From the NCBI GenBank assembly GCA_963748015.1, contig CAVVHE010000006.1, positions 64,001-128,000 of the forward strand: DNA of 64,000 nucleotides, read 5' to 3'. Both the position numbers and the translations under genes were made by a program. A model generated the notes under the pieces. The model did not search any database. It was given only the letters and a program-made list of their open reading frames with translations, and was not told the origin of the DNA. Shown piece by piece: positions 60,333 through 64,000 of this stretch; position 1 is the first letter of the stretch; every line of letters starts with the position of its first letter. This DNA is from Terriglobia bacterium. GTDB taxonomy: Bacteria > Acidobacteriota > Polarisedimenticolia > Polarisedimenticolales > JAIQFR01.

Positions 60333-60902
60333 CTACTTCTTGCCGAAGCGGAAGTAGGCGCCGAGCGCATACTCCTGGAGCGAGCCGTCGACGTCCCACC
60401 CTTCCCATTCCGCGCGGAGGCCGAATCGCTTCCCGAGCTTCAGGTCGGCGCCGAGGCCATAGAGCAGCCTCCAGTCGGTGGTGCTGAGACTCGCCGAGGC
60501 GCCCGTGCCGGTCAGGGTCGAATCGACGGACACGTTGGAATAACCCAGCCTCGCGAACAGCTCGAACCTCTCGCCGACCGGGAGAATGCCCCTGAAGGCC
60601 ACGTCGGTGACCTTGACGTCGGCGGTGAACGTCTCGTTGTCTTTCGTCTGTTGGAGTTTGCCGAGGTCGTAATACGTGAGCTCTGCTCCGAAGTACTTGT
60701 TGAAGTTCCATCCACCGAAGATCTTCCAGCCGTCGGCGTTGGGGTCGAAGGACTCGCCGGAGGAGCTGAACGTCCCGCTCGAGCTCAGGTAGCTCGCGCC
60801 GAGGTAGGCTTCCTGGGCGTGCGCCGGCAGGCACACCCCGCACAGGGCGATCGTTGCAGCCGCCATCAGAACTCCGAGCCGAACGAAGAGTCGCTCTCGC
60901 AT
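60333..60902 (-). CDS. OmpA-like 8-stranded outer-membrane beta-barrel
   Basis: YLGAS, GWKIFGGWNFNKYFGAELTYYDLG, YGLGA, LRAEWE, C-terminal YFRF. Confidence 0.88.
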   Translation of the reverse strand: MRERLFVRLGVLMAAATIALCGVCLPAHAQEAYLGASYLSSSGTFSSSGESFDPNADGWKIFGGWNFNKYFGAELTYYDLGKLQQTKDNETFTADVKVTDVAFRGILPVGERFELFARLGYSNVSVDSTLTGTGASASLSTTDWRLLYGLGADLKLGKRFGLRAEWEGWDVDGSLQEYALGAYFRFGKK

Positions 60903-61003
60903 CGAAAACCTCCTGGGGTCGGACCCGAAGGGCACCCCCCCTCTGACCCGCGAGGAACCCCCCGGCATGCCACCGCGACACGCCGGAGGGCAGTATCATA
61001 CCG

Positions 61004-61354
61004 CTACCCGATCCGCTGCGAGGCCGCCAGCAGCTCGGTCACCCCGGGCAGCTTCGAGGTGGTCGTCTTCTTCCACTGTGCCTCGAGCAGCTCCTTGGCG
61101 GCCTGCTCGAGGAACTCCGGCGCGGCCCACTTCCTCACGTCGAAATCGTTCTTGATCCTGTTCAGGCTCTTCGAGAGGCCGTTCTTCTTGCCTTTCAGGT
61201 CTTTCATCAGGTAGATGTCGTCCCTGGAGCGCACCATCATGCAGCCGCCTTCGTGCGGCGCGTGCGTCAAGCCCAGGAGCCGGGTCCTGCGGACGTCCGC
61301 GTGAACGTGGATGGGCGGGAACAAGCCGCCGAAACGGATGAGATTGTCCAGGTT
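61004..61354 (-). pseudogene. Doubly deleted remnant of a DszB/SsuA-like substrate-binding protein
   Basis: NLDNLIRFGGLFPPIHV..TRLLG..MVRSRDDI...DLKGKK.GLSKS..IKNDFDVRKWAAPEFLE; starts right at the upstream stop with no RBS or start codon; far too short. Confidence 0.6.
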
Positions 61355-62063
61355 AGGGCCCCATCTTCTTGTAGCCGGAGTTCTCGATCGCGATCGCGAG
61401 TTTCTGCGAGGCCACGTCCAGTTGTATCTTCTCCGGATAGACCGTGCCGTCCGGGAAGGCCCCGAACGCGACCTTCAGGCCGACCGCGTCCTTCTCCTTG
61501 TCGGTGAGCGTCGTGATCGTCACTCCCAGGATGCGGTCGGAAGCGGCGTTCACGTCGAACGTGAGCGAGTCCCCCGGCTTGAGGTAGTCCTTGATGACCA
61601 ACCGGACCTCACCCTTCGAGTTCGGCGGCGTCAGCGAGAGCCTGCTCTCCTCCTTCGCAGCCTGGATGCGGGCAGGGTCGGGCGGAACGTACTGCTTCAC
61701 GAGGGCGACCGCCTCCTTCACGGCGTCGGATAGCTCCTCCTTCTTGTTTTTTTGAACCTTCCCCCGGAGCCCCCCCTTCTTCTTCTCCTCGGTAGCGGTG
61801 AGGGGGATCTTCTGGAGCTTTCCGGCGACGTCGTAGTAGCAATTCTTCTGCGCCCGCGACTTTTCCTCGCCCTTCAGGGAAATCACCGTCGTCTCGATCC
61901 ACTCGTACTTCCGCAGCGCCACCATGCTCTTCTGGAGCGATTCCTTCACGGCAGTCACGTGGTCCGTCTTCCCGGCGGCTGCGTCCGGGGCCTGCTGCGC
62001 TGCAGCAGGCAAGTAGAGACAAGCGGACAGCAATGCGATGACACCGGTCCTACGCGCGAACAT
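61353..62063 (-). CDS. Hypothetical secreted protein
   Basis: AAGGAG RBS, signal peptide MFARRTGVIALLSACLYLPAAA, Lys-rich natural composition. Confidence 0.8.
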   Translation of the reverse strand: MFARRTGVIALLSACLYLPAAAQQAPDAAAGKTDHVTAVKESLQKSMVALRKYEWIETTVISLKGEEKSRAQKNCYYDVAGKLQKIPLTATEEKKKGGLRGKVQKNKKEELSDAVKEAVALVKQYVPPDPARIQAAKEESRLSLTPPNSKGEVRLVIKDYLKPGDSLTFDVNAASDRILGVTITTLTDKEKDAVGLKVAFGAFPDGTVYPEKIQLDVASQKLAIAIENSGYKKMGP

Positions 62064-62110
62064 CGGGATCTCCTTTCGTCGAGCGATCTTGTTCTCGTCG
62101 AATCCGAGTC

Positions 62111-62692
62111 TCAGTACTTGGCTATGTATCCCTTTCCCTCGAGGCAGGCGGTGAACGCCTTCTTGAAATTGGTCATGTCCTGCGAGGTTGCCGCCTGCTG
62201 GGCCTGCGCCTGTTGATCGATCTGCTTGGTGGCTTCCGCTTCCGCTTTCTTGCCCTTTCGCCGGCCGGCCACCGCGCCCGCGGCGGCGCCGACGCCCGCG
62301 CCCTTGCCCGCGTCGTCGTTCGCGATCTCCCCGACGACGGCTCCCGCCGCGGCGCCCTTCACCGCTCCCTTGGCCCCTGCTCCCTTGCTTGATCCCTCCA
62401 CCTGGGCCTTGGCGGCTTCGGCCTGCTGCGCCTGCTGCTGCGCCTGCTTCTGGAGCTCGAACGGGTCCTTGCCGGTGTTCTGGACGGCCCACTGGTAACA
62501 CGCCGATTCGTCCTGGGACTGCTGGGTGGCGGACTGGCCCTTCTGCGGGAACGCGGAGACGTTGAGGGTTGCCGCCAGGGTCTTCTGCCCGCTCGGCGGG
62601 GCCGGTGCGGACGCGGGCGGGGGCGCCTGGGCCAGCGCGACGGAAGAGCCGACGACGAGAACGAGACAGGCGATGCAGAGAACGCGCTTCAT
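62111..62692 (-). CDS. Glycine-zipper (YMGG-like) secreted protein
   Basis: FPQKGQS..QQ.QD...CYQWA, GAAAGAVVG..GAGVGAAAGAVAG, ACLEGKGY. Confidence 0.85.
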   Translation of the reverse strand: MKRVLCIACLVLVVGSSVALAQAPPPASAPAPPSGQKTLAATLNVSAFPQKGQSATQQSQDESACYQWAVQNTGKDPFELQKQAQQQAQQAEAAKAQVEGSSKGAGAKGAVKGAAAGAVVGEIANDDAGKGAGVGAAAGAVAGRRKGKKAEAEATKQIDQQAQAQQAATSQDMTNFKKAFTACLEGKGYIAKY

Positions 62693-63264
62693 GATCCGGC
62701 CTCCTTGTCGGGCTTCAGTTCTTTGCGAAATGCCGCCGCCGCGTGCCGGTTGGTCGGGAAGAACCGGCGCGGGTCGATCAGCTCCATCAACTCGTACCTC
62801 TCCAGCCACGAGCGGAAGGACCGCTCGGCGCGGCTGACGGCGAACGTGACGCCCCGCTTGTCCAGCATCGTGATCACCTGCCGCAGGGCCCCGGCGCCGG
62901 TGGTGTCGACGTCCACCATCGCCTGGGCGTCCAGCACGAACCACCGGATCGGCTCGGGCGACGTGGTGACCAACCGCTCGACCTCCTCGAGGAACAGGGT
63001 CGCGTTGGCGAAGTAGAGCGGCGCGCCGAACCGGTACAGGAGCAAGCCCGGAGACCCCGACGCCTGTCCGGCCCCCGCGGGGACGAAGTGGGAGCCGTCC
63101 GGCGCCTCCTGGAGGGCCGCGGTCTCCGGACGGGACGTCCGCCGGATCACGTCGATGACCGACATGAGGAAGGCGATGACGACCGCGCGCAGCGGGCCCA
63201 GGGCCAGCACGCTCAGCAGGCAGGTCGCGGCGATCCAGAACTCAGAGCGGCGCATGTGCCACAC
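62689..63264 (-). pseudogene. 5'-truncated SulP-family anion permease (last TM helices + STAS domain)
   Basis: SEFWIA..LGPL.AV..AF..SRP, YRFGAPLYFANA, LDAQAM.DVDTTG; the large N-terminal TM core is missing. Confidence 0.8.
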
Positions 63265-63331
63265 CTGCTTGCTCGATCAGTCACGCTCAGGTGTCCGCCT
63301 GGGTGTCCATAACGCTCGGAAAATACGGAGG

Positions 63332-63925
63332 CTATTTCTTCGGAGCCTTCTCGACCTTGATCGCGAGAGCCTCGGTGTAGGTGATCTCGACCGTGTCCCC
63401 GACGTTCACGCCCTGAAGCTTCTCGGGGTGCCTCACCTTGATCGTGCGCGTGTTGCCGGCCGGCCCCCTGAAGGTGACGGAGGGGACCTTGGGGTCGATC
63501 GCCGCGATCGTGACGGTCAGGGTGGTCTGCTGCGCGACGGCGGCCGCCGGCTTCTTGCCGAGCGGGGCAGCCTCCGTCGTGACGTTCGTTCCCATGCCGG
63601 CCGCATTGCCGCCCTTCTTCACCTCGTAGGCGAGGGCTTCCGTGTAGGTCGCGGTGACCAGGTCGCCCTTCTTCACCTGGGCGAGGTTCTTCACCGCGTC
63701 GCCGGCGACGAAGCTGTACTCCTGGCCGTCCGCGGTCTTGAGCGTGACCTCGCGCGTCTTCTGGTCGATCTTCGTCACGGTCGCGGTGACCACCTCGGAC
63801 GCCACCACGGCCTCGCCCTTGGCCGGGGCGGCGGGTTTCGCGGGCTCCTGGGCCAGGGTTGCGGACGCAAGGCACACGGCTCCCGCCACGCAGGCGGCCA
63901 CCATCCAGGATCGGGGACTCTTCAT
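63332..63925 (-). CDS. Hypothetical secreted protein with two internal OB-like repeats
   Basis: AAGGAG RBS, signal peptide, ATVTKID..R.VTLK / TIAAID..VTFRG, VKKGDLV / VNVGDTV, YTEALA twice. Confidence 0.85.
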   Translation of the reverse strand: MKSPRSWMVAACVAGAVCLASATLAQEPAKPAAPAKGEAVVASEVVTATVTKIDQKTREVTLKTADGQEYSFVAGDAVKNLAQVKKGDLVTATYTEALAYEVKKGGNAAGMGTNVTTEAAPLGKKPAAAVAQQTTLTVTIAAIDPKVPSVTFRGPAGNTRTIKVRHPEKLQGVNVGDTVEITYTEALAIKVEKAPKK

Positions 63926-64000
63926 GGCTTGCTCTCCTTTGTCATTTCACTTCGGCTATTGCGGACGAGTTCAACTGCGGGCAAGAGGTCGGTCGCGATC

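Overview
High-GC (roughly 70% by eye) bacterial window; the gene content suggests Acidobacteriota, but this is inference only. No rRNA, tRNA, CRISPR array or transposase was recognised. Three zones. (1) 1-12.7 kb: a Ser/Thr kinase divergent from a GAF-sigma54 activator, which abuts a ~3,320-aa secreted beta-helix/Ig/FG-GAP/thrombospondin-3 protein. That giant gene has a well-spaced sigma54 -24/-12 promoter. (2) 12.8-30.2 kb: GDPD, a split PEP-synthase-like kinase with a cNMP-binding partner, a NitT/TauT ABC pair, a CADD-like protein, a membrane Ser/Thr kinase, YeiH, a DUF2779 nuclease, TetR and a P-type ATPase. (3) 30.2-64 kb: a sulfatase island with three intact Cys-type arylsulfatases, outer-membrane and periplasmic proteins of unknown function, a duplicated lipoprotein and an LprI-MliC-PliI lysozyme-inhibitor fusion. 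It also holds the best candidate for a new system: an arylsulfatase -> cytochrome b -> Rieske -> octaheme-cytochrome/TPR operon. The island carries at least six deletion scars or gene remnants. Several genes have single-base frameshifts that may be assembly errors. Family names come from motif recognition, not database searches.
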